Positions 1 to 10,224 are shown, counted from the first letter of the stretch. The stretch: 64,000 nucleotides of DNA from Dehalococcoidia bacterium (GCA_009841605.1 VXLM01000139.1:4257-68256), one strand, 5' to 3'. A program made the numbers and translations. The notes: generated by a model not told the origin, from the letters alone.

Positions 1-43
1 CTGTTGAGACCCAGATTGGAGCTCCGTCTTTAGAAGGGGTCGC

Positions 44-1594
44 ATGAGTAAGCATTACGACCACATTATCGTCGGTGCGGGCTCGGCAGGAGCCGTGCTC
101 GCGGCTCGTCTTTCCGAAGACCCTCACCGGTCGGTCTTGCTTCTCGAGGCAGGCGGAGACTACTCCTCGCCGGAGCGTATGCCTGAGCCATTGAGATACG
201 CCTACGGGACCGGAACGGCTATCTGGGACAGCGAACACATGTGGCGCTTTCGAGCGAGGGCCACGGACGAGGCCGACATCGACATCCCTCGCGGCAAGGT
301 CGCCGGCGGCTCCAGCGCCGTCAACGACGCTCAGTTCCTAAGAGGTATGCCGGACGATTTCGATAGGTGGGCGGAGTGGGGCAACAGCGAGTGGCGGTAC
401 GAAAAGCTCCTGCCATACATGCGAAAGCTGGAAGCGGATCGGGATTTTACAGGGAAATTTCATGGTTCTGACGGCCCCATAATCTGCCGCAGGCACCAAC
501 CCGATGAGTGGGGGCCTCAGCAGCACGCCTTCTATCAGGCGTGTCGAGACGCAGGGTTCACCGACTGCCCGGACCACAATCTACCGGGCTCCACCGGCGT
601 GGGGCCTCTGCCCTTCAACATCGACGGCCGCGTGCGAGTGAGCACGGCAATAGGCTACCTCGATCCCGCCCGAGACCGACCGGGACTGACTATCAGGCCC
701 CACACCCTTGTTCTTGAGATCATCTTCGAGGGACACAGGGCAATAGGGCTGCGCGTAGTCAGCGGTGAGGACGAGTTTTCCGTCTACGGCGACGAGGTCA
801 TCCTCTGCGCCGGCGCCATTGGATCGCCGCACATCCTCGCTCTGTCAGGTATCGGCCCCGCGGAACAACTGCGGCAGTTGGACATACCCGTAGTACACGA
901 CCTCCCCGGAGTTGGGCGCAATCTTCGAGACCACCCGGACGTGCCCATGGCATGGCGCACCCGCGAGGGTTTTCCTTTGAACACCGAGCAGGTCACGACC
1001 GGAACCGTCACGCTGCGGTTCACGGCCTCCGGCTCGCCCTTCAAGAACGACCTTGTCATCTACATGGGCAACTACTCTGCAGAGAGGCCCATGAGAGGGT
1101 CGGACCACGAAAGCCCGGTAGGCGTGGGGGTGAGCCTATGCCTGTACCTGGCCCTGAGCCAGGGCGAACTGCGAATCCAGTCCCGCGACCCCCGGCAGCC
1201 GCCGTATCTCGACTTCAATCTCCTGGACGACCCCTACGACAGAGAACGTCTCCGTGAAGGTCTCCGGGTCTGCGCCGACCTGCTCAGGCATGAGGCCTTC
1301 GATGAGATTATCGAGGAGCGGTTCGCGCCATCGGACGACGTATTAGACAGCGACGATGCCCTGGATGCGTGGATGAGGCGGGAGGTAGTCACCGCACACC
1401 ACGTGTCGAGCACCTGCAAGATGGGACCCTCGAGTGACCCGTTTGCCGTGGTGGACCAGTACGGACAGGTCTATGGCGTCGATGGGCTGCGAATCGTCGA
1501 CGCCTCGATAATGCCCGACACGGTCCGGGCGAATCTTAACCTCACGGTAATTGCCATGACGGAGCGGGCAGCCGACTTCATCAAGGCAAGCTGA
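44..1594 (+). CDS. GMC-family FAD-dependent oxidoreductase (choline/alcohol dehydrogenase-like)
   Basis: 516-aa ORF. N-terminal dinucleotide fold IIVGAGSAGAVLAARL, GKVAGGSSAVN block and C-terminal HHVSSTCKMG...DASIMP block typical of GMC enzymes. Purine-rich SD upstream of the ATG. Confidence 0.9.
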   Translation: MSKHYDHIIVGAGSAGAVLAARLSEDPHRSVLLLEAGGDYSSPERMPEPLRYAYGTGTAIWDSEHMWRFRARATDEADIDIPRGKVAGGSSAVNDAQFLRGMPDDFDRWAEWGNSEWRYEKLLPYMRKLEADRDFTGKFHGSDGPIICRRHQPDEWGPQQHAFYQACRDAGFTDCPDHNLPGSTGVGPLPFNIDGRVRVSTAIGYLDPARDRPGLTIRPHTLVLEIIFEGHRAIGLRVVSGEDEFSVYGDEVILCAGAIGSPHILALSGIGPAEQLRQLDIPVVHDLPGVGRNLRDHPDVPMAWRTREGFPLNTEQVTTGTVTLRFTASGSPFKNDLVIYMGNYSAERPMRGSDHESPVGVGVSLCLYLALSQGELRIQSRDPRQPPYLDFNLLDDPYDRERLREGLRVCADLLRHEAFDEIIEERFAPSDDVLDSDDALDAWMRREVVTAHHVSSTCKMGPSSDPFAVVDQYGQVYGVDGLRIVDASIMPDTVRANLNLTVIAMTERAADFIKAS

Positions 1595-1692
1595 CCCGGT
1601 CAACGTGTATCTGGCGCGTCTCAGTGCGTCCGGGTGTAGACAACCGGAGATCGTGCTAAGGCTCAGAATATAAGAACCCGGCAGTAAGCGAT

Positions 1693-1734
1693 TTATCCCC
1701 TCTCCCGTCGTGGGAGAGGGCTAGGGTGAGGGTG
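1693..1734 (+). repeat. Family A hairpin repeat (CCCTCTCCC-gtcgt-GGGAGAGGG + CTAGGGTGAGGGTG tail)
   Basis: 9-bp stem and conserved tail, read directly. Lies between the convergent genes ending at 1594 and 1774. Confidence 0.9.
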
Positions 1735-1773
1735 ATTTGTAATAGCAAAACTATGTTTTGACTATGTACTGGT

Positions 1774-3015
1774 TCACAATTCCGTCTTGGGACGCTCCTT
1801 GGTCGGGTCGACGAACGGCACCCGCACCACCTCGGCATCCACAACGCCGTCCTTGGGCAGCTGGACCTTCACCCTGGTCCCCCGTCGCCAGTGAGATCGG
1901 GGCATGACTGCCAGCGCTATGTTCGACTCCAGGGTCGGCGACCAGAAGGCGCTGGTCACGTATCCCACGTCGTCGCCGGAGTCGCTGTCCTTGACCAGAT
2001 AGAAATCTTCGTTGTACCAGACAATCGACTCTCCTCCCACCTTCAGGCCGACCAGACGCTGCTGGACTCCCTCTTCCTTGATCCTGGCGAGGGCCTGCTT
2101 CCCTATGAAGTCATCCTTGCTCAGGTCCACTTGCCAGCCAAGCCTGACCTCATAAGGATTGTTTTCTATGTCCATGTCCTGGCCGTAGGACAGAATGCCG
2201 GCCTCCAGTCGGCGGATGTGGCTGGGGGCGATGACGCCCAGATTGAACTCCTCCCCCTGCTCCAGGATGTAAGGCCAGACATCGTCCGCATTGAGCATGG
2301 CGTCGTGCAGGTAGATCTCGAACCCGACTTCGGCGGAGAAGCCCGTGCGGGAAATCGTAACGTCATGGCCGTTCAGCGTGTCGTGAATTATGTGGTAGTA
2401 AGGGATGTCCCTCACGTGGGGACCAAACATCTTTTCCATCAAGGATGCCGACTTGGGTCCCTGTATCTGTACCGGGGACACGTCGATCTCGTGGATGTCC
2501 ACGTTGAACGCGCCGGATGAGTTGACTCCCTGTGCCCACAGGAGGACATCGGAGTCGGAGATGCTGAACCAGAACTCATCGTCGGCCACTCGTAGCAGGA
2601 CAGGGTCGTTGATGACGCCGCCATACTGATTGCAGAGGATGACGTACCGGGCCTGCATCGTCGGCAGCAGGGTGTGCACGTCGCGGGTGATCAGCTTGTT
2701 TACGAAGTCGGCTGCGTCGGGACCCTTGATTCTGATCTGGCGCTCGACCGCCACGTCCCACATGCTGACATGCTCGGTCAGGAACTTATACTCCGCCATC
2801 AGCCCTCCATCCTCGGGCTTGATGTACGATCGTGGGTGATACATGTGGTTGTACGTTGTATAAGCCCGGCACCCGGCTGCCTTGGACATGTGCCACCACG
2901 GTGACTTTCGGACGCGGGTGGAGATCAGCATTCGGGCGTCGCTATTGCCGCTTTGCCGGAGGTTAATGGGCAGTTTCCGCCGTTTGAGATTCTCGATTAC
3001 AAGAGTCTGAGTCAT
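1774..3015 (-). CDS. aminomethyltransferase-family (GcvT/DmdA-like) folate-binding protein
   Basis: About 413 aa with GcvT-fold blocks (MWDVAVERQIRIKGPDAADFV, GFSAEVGFEIY, RLEAGILSYGQD). GGAGG SD precedes ATG 3015; TTG 3018 is an alternative start. Confidence 0.8.
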   Translation of the reverse strand: MTQTLVIENLKRRKLPINLRQSGNSDARMLISTRVRKSPWWHMSKAAGCRAYTTYNHMYHPRSYIKPEDGGLMAEYKFLTEHVSMWDVAVERQIRIKGPDAADFVNKLITRDVHTLLPTMQARYVILCNQYGGVINDPVLLRVADDEFWFSISDSDVLLWAQGVNSSGAFNVDIHEIDVSPVQIQGPKSASLMEKMFGPHVRDIPYYHIIHDTLNGHDVTISRTGFSAEVGFEIYLHDAMLNADDVWPYILEQGEEFNLGVIAPSHIRRLEAGILSYGQDMDIENNPYEVRLGWQVDLSKDDFIGKQALARIKEEGVQQRLVGLKVGGESIVWYNEDFYLVKDSDSGDDVGYVTSAFWSPTLESNIALAVMPRSHWRRGTRVKVQLPKDGVVDAEVVRVPFVDPTKERPKTEL

Positions 3016-3500
3016 CAATGAACCTCCGTCTCCAAGTGTTGCAAGCAGTTTACGCTTATCCTCATTCGTGAGACAACGCCAATCCGGGTAGCGCCTTAGT
3101 GTGCGGAAATCGCTAACCCGGCATGCTTCTGCATACTTTGGAAGCCGTCAAAATTGGGGTAACGAGCGTGAGAAACTGTCTGAACATGGCCTGCAATCTT
3201 AGCTAGGTTCGATTCCCCTGCAATCTTGTGACGGCCTACAACTGGTCCAAATCTCGCCAGACCACACAATCCTCTGAGCTGCGAATCGCCAGAACCGTCT
3301 GGCCTCACGCCTCCTGACCCTTTTCTGGCGCAGATCGTTGTAAACATGAAGTGGTACAGACGTCGTGGGCAGGTCATCGGCGATCGGCGTCAACACCTCT
3401 GACAACGTGCTATAACGAACGCCCTGACAGGCCAACAGTTTACGGAAGAACGACTACACGAGAGCGAAAGCGACCAGACCGTCAAGGAGGTGATCGCCCC

Positions 3501-3632
3501 ATGAGAGACAGACGTGATCCTCAGGCAAAGATCGTGGGTGTTCCTGTACATGGAGGAGCGAGTCCCGAAGAACAACCCACTCTGAACCGTCAATGCAGTG
3601 ACCGTCGAAGCGCTGGAACAACTTTCCCCTGA
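3501..3632 (+). CDS. candidate small ORF (43 aa), unknown function
   Basis: Near-perfect SD AAGGAGGTG ends 8 nt before ATG 3501. No recognisable domain. Lies in an otherwise unassigned 740-bp spacer. Confidence 0.2.
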   Translation: MRDRRDPQAKIVGVPVHGGASPEEQPTLNRQCSDRRSAGTTFP

Positions 3633-3758
3633 ATTCGGCGGGACATGCGCGACCCTGTGGTTCAATCTCAGATTCACAAATGGCGAGGCTGTCGGCGTCT
3701 TGAAGATGCAGTCACAACAGTTACCCCACCTCTCGGTGGAGACAAAGGAGGTCCCAAT

Positions 3759-4841
3759 ATGGAGTGGTCGATTACGGCCGATGATCTGGCTTCCCGCGAC
3801 GTGACCGGTGTCGAGAGTCTGATCACTCGGATGGAAAGAGAGCTTCGGGGGACAGGTCCTCCGATCGAAGGGTTCCGTTTCCTGAACTCTACTACACAGA
3901 TGTTGGAGTTCAGCCGGGAGATCGAAACCGAAGTGCAAGCTAATCCGACGGATGCGGATCTGTATGTGGGTTTTCAGAAGGCTGACAAGCTCCAGGGAGA
4001 ATTGAGGCGCTACCGTAGACTCCAACAGGCCGGGGTGCGGCTGGCCGCCTACGGAGAGGGCTCCCTGCCGGAGACGCTGACTGACTTTGAAGATTTGTGG
4101 ACGCCCTTGAGCCGGAACATTCATGCCCTTGAAAACCAATGGTTCCTCGTATCCTCGTCCCCGTCACCTATCGCCTTCGTTGGGTGGGAGATCTCCTCCA
4201 AATCAGTATTTGGAATCGGGGGGCTCTCGGCGCCGGGCAAGGAGTTCAAAGGCTTCGTGACCGACGACCGCAGAATCGTTCACCCCATCATCGCTCATCT
4301 GGAATCGGTCCGCGCCGGAACTGCCCCTGCTCCTGAACCACCGCACGCCGGACGGATCATGGCGGTAACCATTGTTGACGATTCCCCGGAGTATGCGGTC
4401 CTGCGGTCTCGAGCTGCCGACCTGGCGGAGGAAGGCGGTGGCGAAGTGGTGCTCTTCGAGTTGTCCGCCGCGTCTTATCTGGTTAGCCCCTACCCCGAGG
4501 AGAACCGTCGCAAGTGGGTTCGTGTGTTGGGGGAAAGAGAGATGCTGATTTTCGGGCGGGCTTCGCTGGCCCGGCAGCTCGAATGCCTACGGTCTCGTGG
4601 AGTGGGGGCCGGGATCATTCTTCCCACAGCCCACGGCTTCCGGCACTTGGCTGAGTGGGTCGAGCGCGAGAACATCAGCATGATTCTCATACCGGCATCT
4701 ATGGCCAATCCGAGCCTGCTAGACCGGTTGCGCGGATACCGTCTGGATGGGCTCCTTGAGCACACAGACCGTCCGGTAATGCTGGTGGAACCGGATGGCT
4801 CAATACGCCGTGCCCTTCGCTCCGCTCTTGACAATTACTAG
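3759..4841 (+). CDS. hypothetical protein, tentatively DICT-like N-terminal domain plus USP-like C-terminal domain
   Basis: Strong SD AAGGAGG 7 nt before ATG 3759; the ORF track start 3645 has no SD. The LYVGFQKADKL...RYRRLQQAGVRLAAYGEG...NQWFLV block resembles DICT. The C-terminal half has USP-like alternating beta/alpha blocks. Confidence 0.6.
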   Translation: MEWSITADDLASRDVTGVESLITRMERELRGTGPPIEGFRFLNSTTQMLEFSREIETEVQANPTDADLYVGFQKADKLQGELRRYRRLQQAGVRLAAYGEGSLPETLTDFEDLWTPLSRNIHALENQWFLVSSSPSPIAFVGWEISSKSVFGIGGLSAPGKEFKGFVTDDRRIVHPIIAHLESVRAGTAPAPEPPHAGRIMAVTIVDDSPEYAVLRSRAADLAEEGGGEVVLFELSAASYLVSPYPEENRRKWVRVLGEREMLIFGRASLARQLECLRSRGVGAGIILPTAHGFRHLAEWVERENISMILIPASMANPSLLDRLRGYRLDGLLEHTDRPVMLVEPDGSIRRALRSALDNY

Positions 4842-4994
4842 GACATCTTCAAGACTCTCTACTGATATCCTGTGTCACAAGCACGTCGGCAAGAGTTACG
4901 CAGAGCATGTCAACGAAAAACGCCATAACGTTTGGGGTGGTCTAAGTAGCAAGCCTGCCTTGCTCAACGGTGGATTTAGCCAAGAGGAGCTGAC

Positions 4995-6989
4995 ATGAAT
5001 ATGTACAAAGCCAAGCGATTTGCCGTCTCAGCCGTTGTATTGCTGCTGATGCTCCAACTGGGGTGCGTCGTAAGGGAGGTCGTCGTGACGCCCACTCCGG
5101 GGCCGGCGGACACCCCCGAACCCAGCGCTGCCGCAACTCCCGTGCCGCAAGAGTCGGTTGAAGAAACCACAAAACCTGCGGAAGCTAGTCCCACGCAGGA
5201 AGAACGAGTTTATCAGCTTGGAATTACCGCGGACTTGACCACCACCAATTTCTGGGCCTATCTCGGCCCGGATGGGACCACGTGGAACCAGTACGTCCTA
5301 TCGGGCACCCAGCCCTCTCTCTACGCTTACTCCGACCAGAGATTCGACTGGGTACCCTCCCTCGCTGCAGACTTTCCGTCGCCGCTCCAAGAGGAAACTG
5401 TGGGAGACCAGACCCTCTGGAGCACAGAGGTCGATCTGAAGCAGGGGGTGAAGTGGAGCGACGGCAACGATGTTACGGCAGATGACTTCGTCTTCACGGC
5501 TCACACCGCGACCGAATTGCAACTCACAGGGAACTGGCCTTCCATAGTAGACCCCGAATTCTTTGACCACGCGGAAGCGCTCGATCCCTACAAGCTGAAG
5601 ATATACTTCAAGAAGAAGCCCGGCTTGGCGCGCTGGCAATTCGGTCTGGCATTCATGTCCATATTCTCGAAAACGTATTGGGAGCCGGTGGTGGCCGAGG
5701 CGAAGAAGGGCGGAGACATCACAGAGCAGCAAAAGCTGCTGTATTCCCATGTTCCCGATAACGAGCCCTCCGCCGGCCCCTTCCTCTTCGACAAGTGGGA
5801 GCAGGGAGCCTTCGCGGAGAAGGACAGGAACGTCGACTTCTATTTCACGGGCAGCGAAGTCACTCAATACGCCAGCGGAGCCTATGCCGAATCCAAGCCG
5901 GGCGTGTATGAGTTCTCCGCCTACGGAGCGCCCGGTGAAGACAAGACGCTCGAATACACGGTAGGTCCGCACGCCGATAGCGCCATTTACTCAATCTATG
6001 GCAGTCAGGATGCGACCGTGCTCGCCCTCAAGAAGGGTGACATCGATTTCATGCTCAACCCGTTGGGGCTGTCCAAGGGGCTTCAGGAGCAACTGGAGGG
6101 GCAGGAAGGGCTGGCTACCATCGAGAACTCCTCTTCCGGAGTTCGCTACCTTGGCTTTAACTTCCGCAAGCCCCCCATGGACAATAAGGCCTTTCGGCAG
6201 GCGGTCGCTACGCTCATCGACAAGGAATTCCTGACGGAGACCGTTCTTCAGGGCGTGGCGATTCCCGTGTACACCATGGTGCCTGAAGGCAACAAGGTCT
6301 GGCACAACGGCGACGTGCCCATGATCGGTCGCGACATGACAAGGGGAGAACGAGTAGAGAGAGCTATAGAGCTTCTCAAGGGGGCAGGGTTCACCTGGGA
6401 CACCGAACCTCGCGTGAGCGAAGACGGTAGGTTCATCGAGCAGCAGGGAGAGGGACTGAAAATGCCGAACGGTGATCCCGTTCCATCCATGAGTCTCATT
6501 GCTCCCAGCGCGGGATACGATCCGCTGCGGTCCACCTTCGCCATTTGGATCGAAAGGTGGATGAGTGAAATGGGCATACCGCTGAGGGCCGATCTAACCG
6601 GTTTCAATCTGATTGTGGAAAAGGTCTTCAACCGGCAAGAATTCGACATGTGGATTCTGGGTTGGGGCCTCACACTCTTCCCCGACTATCTCGAGTCCTT
6701 CTTCCACAGCCGACACTCCGGCCTAGAGGGACACAATCCGGGTGGATACAATAACCCCGAATTCGACCGCCTTGCCGACGATCTCCTCGCGGAGACGGAG
6801 TTGGAAGCGGCTCGGCAGCAGGCCTTCCGAATGCAGGAATTCCTCGCAGACGATCTGCCCTACGTTGTGCTCTTTACCACACCGATAGTCGAGACATACC
6901 GGAGTGACCGGATCGAGTTCCCCTATACCGAAACTCTGGGGGGACTCCAAGAGGCTTTGGGTTTGCCGACTATCGTCAACTTCAAGTGA
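4995..6989 (+). CDS. ABC transporter substrate-binding protein, family 5 (peptide/nickel type)
   Basis: 664 aa. N-terminal hydrophobic anchor, Pro/Thr/Glu-rich tether, then SBP_bac_5-like blocks (VKWSDGNDVTADDFVF, VRYLGFN, MWILGW). First gene of a 5-gene ABC operon. Confidence 0.9.
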   Translation: MNMYKAKRFAVSAVVLLLMLQLGCVVREVVVTPTPGPADTPEPSAAATPVPQESVEETTKPAEASPTQEERVYQLGITADLTTTNFWAYLGPDGTTWNQYVLSGTQPSLYAYSDQRFDWVPSLAADFPSPLQEETVGDQTLWSTEVDLKQGVKWSDGNDVTADDFVFTAHTATELQLTGNWPSIVDPEFFDHAEALDPYKLKIYFKKKPGLARWQFGLAFMSIFSKTYWEPVVAEAKKGGDITEQQKLLYSHVPDNEPSAGPFLFDKWEQGAFAEKDRNVDFYFTGSEVTQYASGAYAESKPGVYEFSAYGAPGEDKTLEYTVGPHADSAIYSIYGSQDATVLALKKGDIDFMLNPLGLSKGLQEQLEGQEGLATIENSSSGVRYLGFNFRKPPMDNKAFRQAVATLIDKEFLTETVLQGVAIPVYTMVPEGNKVWHNGDVPMIGRDMTRGERVERAIELLKGAGFTWDTEPRVSEDGRFIEQQGEGLKMPNGDPVPSMSLIAPSAGYDPLRSTFAIWIERWMSEMGIPLRADLTGFNLIVEKVFNRQEFDMWILGWGLTLFPDYLESFFHSRHSGLEGHNPGGYNNPEFDRLADDLLAETELEAARQQAFRMQEFLADDLPYVVLFTTPIVETYRSDRIEFPYTETLGGLQEALGLPTIVNFK

Positions 6990-7039
6990 GCCATCGTAGG
7001 CCCACCTGGGACCCGCACTGAAATCGGGAGAGAGGCCAT

Positions 7040-8191
7040 ATGCTCGGCTATCTGTTTCGCCGCACATGGCAAATGGCCCTCACCCTATTTCTGATACTCA
7101 CTGTGACCTTCCTGCTGGTGCAGGCCCAGCCGGGTGACTACGCCTCCTTCTATGCCCTCAACCCCGATCTTCCTCCCGACATAAGAGAGCAGCTTAGAGC
7201 GACATTCGGTCTGGATAGGCCCCTTTGGCAACAGTACCTCATTCACATGAGGAACACGCTCACGGGAGACTTCGGCGTTTCCTTCGGTCATTTCCCACGC
7301 CCGGTCATGGAGGTCTTGGCGGAACGGCTGCCCCGGACCCTCGTGCTCTTCGTCACGGCAACCGCGGCCTCATTCTACATAGGCTTCCTGCTGGGAAAGG
7401 CCATCGCCTGGCGACGAGGGGGTTTCCTGGAGTATGCCGCCACGATTACGGGGACGACCTTGTTCACTGTATTCACCCCGGCATTCGCGCTCATGATGAT
7501 CTGGATCTTTGCCTTCAGGCTCGGATGGTTTCCGGTTGGCAAATTCCTGGACCCGCTGGTGTGGAGAAACTCCGACGTAACCGCCAACTCGGTATTCACT
7601 CTGATGCTGATTACCGCCGTTGCATTCATCGCCTTTGCTTTCTGGGTAATGTTCACCTTGAGAAGGTCTGACCGGATAGGAATGAGGCGACTGGCCGTCC
7701 CCATCATCATGGTGGGAGCGTTGGTCATCCCGCTGGTCTGGTCTCTGTCGGGCATCGGTTTTCTGGCATCGGACATCCTCAAGCACATGGTCTTGCCCAT
7801 TGCCACGCTCACCCTCATATCCTTCGCCGGCACGATGCTGTTGACGCGCAACAGCATGTTGGAGACCGTTCGAGAAGACTACGTGATGGCTGCTCGCGCC
7901 AAGGGACTGCCGGAAAAGCAGGTCCGCGACCGGCACGCCGCCCGAAATGCTCTTCTGCCGGTGGTCACGAGCCTCATCTACAGCCTCATCTTTGCCATAG
8001 ACGGCAGCGTGATCGTGGAGAGCGTCTTCTCCTGGCCCGGCACCGGCATGACTCTCCTCGAGGCGGTGCGGACGGAAGACCTCCCTCTAGTCATGGGTGC
8101 AATCGTCTTCATCGGCCTGCTGTCCCTGCTTGCCCACCTCATAGTGGACGTGCTCTACGTCTATCTCGATCCGAGGATACGGTACCGATGA
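7040..8191 (+). CDS. ABC transporter permease (DppB/OppB-like)
   Basis: 383 aa, multi-TM. Carries the EAA-type loop AARAKGLPEKQVRDRHAARNALLP typical of BPD-type permeases. SD gggagag upstream. Confidence 0.9.
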   Translation: MLGYLFRRTWQMALTLFLILTVTFLLVQAQPGDYASFYALNPDLPPDIREQLRATFGLDRPLWQQYLIHMRNTLTGDFGVSFGHFPRPVMEVLAERLPRTLVLFVTATAASFYIGFLLGKAIAWRRGGFLEYAATITGTTLFTVFTPAFALMMIWIFAFRLGWFPVGKFLDPLVWRNSDVTANSVFTLMLITAVAFIAFAFWVMFTLRRSDRIGMRRLAVPIIMVGALVIPLVWSLSGIGFLASDILKHMVLPIATLTLISFAGTMLLTRNSMLETVREDYVMAARAKGLPEKQVRDRHAARNALLPVVTSLIYSLIFAIDGSVIVESVFSWPGTGMTLLEAVRTEDLPLVMGAIVFIGLLSLLAHLIVDVLYVYLDPRIRYR

Positions 8192-9192
8192 ATCTGCCTA
8201 CCCCTGCCAGTCGCGCAGTGCCCGGCGCTTCCCCTGAACCGCCCCGGGTCGACTTGGGCCGCGGAAGATTCCGGCTGATGCAGGCCAGGACGCGGCTGGC
8301 GCTGCGTTCCTTCGAGAGCGGGTGGACCGTGTTCGTCGAGAGCCGCATCGGCCTCGTGTCGCTGATAACCATAGTTGTCTTCGCCCTGATGGCGCTCTCT
8401 CACCCCATACTCATGGCTACCGTCTGGGACGCCGAAACTTACGATCCGGTCACCGGGTACGCCTTCGACGAAACGGAGCAGCCTGCCCCGCCCAGTTGGA
8501 GACACCCATTGGGTACGGACCCCTTGGGGCGGGATGTTCTCAGCCAACTCCTTTCAAGCACAGGGTCGGAGTTCATCCTTGGGATAACCGCCGCGCTGGT
8601 GACGGTGATCATCGCAACGACCGTCGGTGCCGTTGCAGCCTATTACGGCGGCCTGATCGACGCGTTCTTCATGAGGCTCGCGGACCTCATCATCGCGCTA
8701 CCGAGCATCTCCCTGCTCATCGTCTTGAGCGCGCTCTTCGAGCTCAATCTCTTCTACCTTGCCCTCTTGATCGGCGTGCTCGGAGGCTTCGGCGGCACTG
8801 CGATAGTCTTGAAGTCCCAGGCGCTGAGCATCAAGGTCAAGCCCTATATCGAGGCGGCGCGGGTGGCCGGCGGCAGCCAGTTCCGAATCATTTTCGTACA
8901 CATCGTCCCGAACCTGCTGCCTCTCTCCCTGCTCTACATGATGTTCACTGTCACGAGCGCAATCTTTGCCGAGGCGGTCCTGTCGTTCCTCGGTCTGCTC
9001 GACCTGAGAATGAGTTGGGGAATCATGATCCACACCGCGAATGCCGGGGGATACCTGCTGGGCGGGACGAAGTACTGGTGGCTGGTTATTCCGGCCGGAG
9101 CTTCCATTTCGCTCCTTTGCAGCGCCTTCTACCTCGCGGGACGAGCCCTCGACGAAGTCGTAAATCCGCGATTGAGCCGTCGAGATGACTGA
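8188..9192 (+). CDS. ABC transporter permease (DppC/OppC-like)
   Basis: ATGA start/stop overlap with the upstream permease. HPLGTDPLGRDVLS motif and EAARVAGGSQFRIIFVHIVPN loop typical of OppC/DppC. Confidence 0.9.
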   Translation: MNLPTPASRAVPGASPEPPRVDLGRGRFRLMQARTRLALRSFESGWTVFVESRIGLVSLITIVVFALMALSHPILMATVWDAETYDPVTGYAFDETEQPAPPSWRHPLGTDPLGRDVLSQLLSSTGSEFILGITAALVTVIIATTVGAVAAYYGGLIDAFFMRLADLIIALPSISLLIVLSALFELNLFYLALLIGVLGGFGGTAIVLKSQALSIKVKPYIEAARVAGGSQFRIIFVHIVPNLLPLSLLYMMFTVTSAIFAEAVLSFLGLLDLRMSWGIMIHTANAGGYLLGGTKYWWLVIPAGASISLLCSAFYLAGRALDEVVNPRLSRRDD

Positions 9193-9210
9193 TCGCACCA
9201 GGTGGGTCGC

Positions 9211-10224
9211 ATGGCAGTAGATCAGACCGGTCCCGTCCTGAGGGTAGTCGACCTTGCGCTACGCTATTCGACGCGACAGGGCGAGGTCAAAGCGATCCAG
9301 GATGTGAGTTTCGATCTGGCGCGTGGGCAGTCGCTGGGACTGGTGGGCGAGTCCGGCTGCGGAAAGACGTCCCTCGCCAACTGCCTGATGAGGCTCCTGC
9401 CCGACAACGCCCGGCTGGTCGGGGGACAGGTCTTCCTTGACGGCCAGGACCTCTTGCCTCTGTCCGAAGAGGAGATCAGGAAGGTGCGGTGGCGTCGGAT
9501 ATCCATGGTGTTTCAGGCCGCGATGAACTCACTCGACCCCGTATACAAGGTCGGGCAGCAAGTCGTCGATGCCATTGAAACGCACGGTGTCGAGACGACG
9601 GTTGCCGATGCCCGGGAACGAGTTGCCCGCCTCTTTCGGATGGTTGGCCTCGACCCTCAGTTGATGGAGCGGTACCCCCACGAATTCAGCGGCGGAATGC
9701 GCCAGCGAGCGGTCATCGCCATGGCCCTGTCCTGCGATCCCGACATAATCATTGCCGACGAACCGACGACCGCTCTGGACGTGATTGTGCAGGACCGCAT
9801 CCTCAGGGAACTCAAGGGTATTCAGGAAGAACTCCGCATGAGCATCATCTACATCACCCACGACATAGCCGTGGTGGCGGAAGTGACCGACCGGATCGGG
9901 GTGATGTACGCGGGAAATCTCGTCGAGCTGGGAGACACGACCGACGTATTTCGCTCCCCCTTGCATCCCTACACAGAGTCCCTGATGTCGTCCTTCCCCA
10001 GCGTCAGCGGTGAAAAGCGTCCCCTTGCCTCCCTCTCCGGTGAACCGCCCAACCTGGCCAACTTGCCTTCCGGCTGTACATTCCACCCAAGGTGCGCCTA
10101 CGCCACTGACATATGCCGTCAGGAACGCCCGCCCCGCGTAGGTCGAGGCAACCAATGGGCCGCGTGTTGGCACCCCTTGGATGCAAGCCTGTCTCCCCCA
10201 ACCGAGAACGATGCCTCAAAATAG
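9211..10224 (+). CDS. ABC transporter ATP-binding protein (DppD/OppD-like)
   Basis: Walker A GESGCGKT, signature FSGGMRQR, Walker [13 protein letters not shown], and the C-terminal HPYT...C..RC oligopeptide-type extension. GTG 9202 is an alternative start. Confidence 0.9.
   Translation: MAVDQTGPVLRVVDLALRYSTRQGEVKAIQDVSFDLARGQSLGLVGESGCGKTSLANCLMRLLPDNARLVGGQVFLDGQDLLPLSEEEIRKVRWRRISMVFQAAMNSLDPVYKVGQQVVDAIETHGVETTVADARERVARLFRMVGLDPQLMERYPHEFSGGMRQRAVIAMALSCDPDIIIADEPTTALDVIVQDRILRELKGIQEELRMSIIYITHDIAVVAEVTDRIGVMYAGNLVELGDTTDVFRSPLHPYTESLMSSFPSVSGEKRPLASLSGEPPNLANLPSGCTFHPRCAYATDICRQERPPRVGRGNQWAACWHPLDASLSPPTENDASK

Noticed and set aside
1656-1844. Short ORFs encoding LTLALSHDGRGD-, NHKGCPY- or VGATLVVAR-like peptides. 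Examples: 1656-1844, 12056-12280, 12093-12284, 56424-56630, 61529-61846.
   Set aside because: These are translations of the intergenic hairpin repeats (families A and F) in one frame or another. They are not genes.
3190-3227. tRNA-like T-loop motif GGTTCGATTCC (3206-3216) flanked by an 11-bp direct repeat CCTGCAATCTT (3190-3200, 3217-3227). This hinted at a tRNA fragment or att site.
   Set aside because: The flanking bases give at most a 2-bp T-stem. No acceptor, D or anticodon arms can be drawn on either strand, and no integrase is nearby. Most likely a chance match.
3390-4139. 249-aa minus-strand ORF spanning the spacer and the 5' part of the DICT/USP-like gene.
   Set aside because: It has no SD, no recognisable motifs and low-complexity composition, and it overlaps a better-supported plus-strand gene that has a strong SD.
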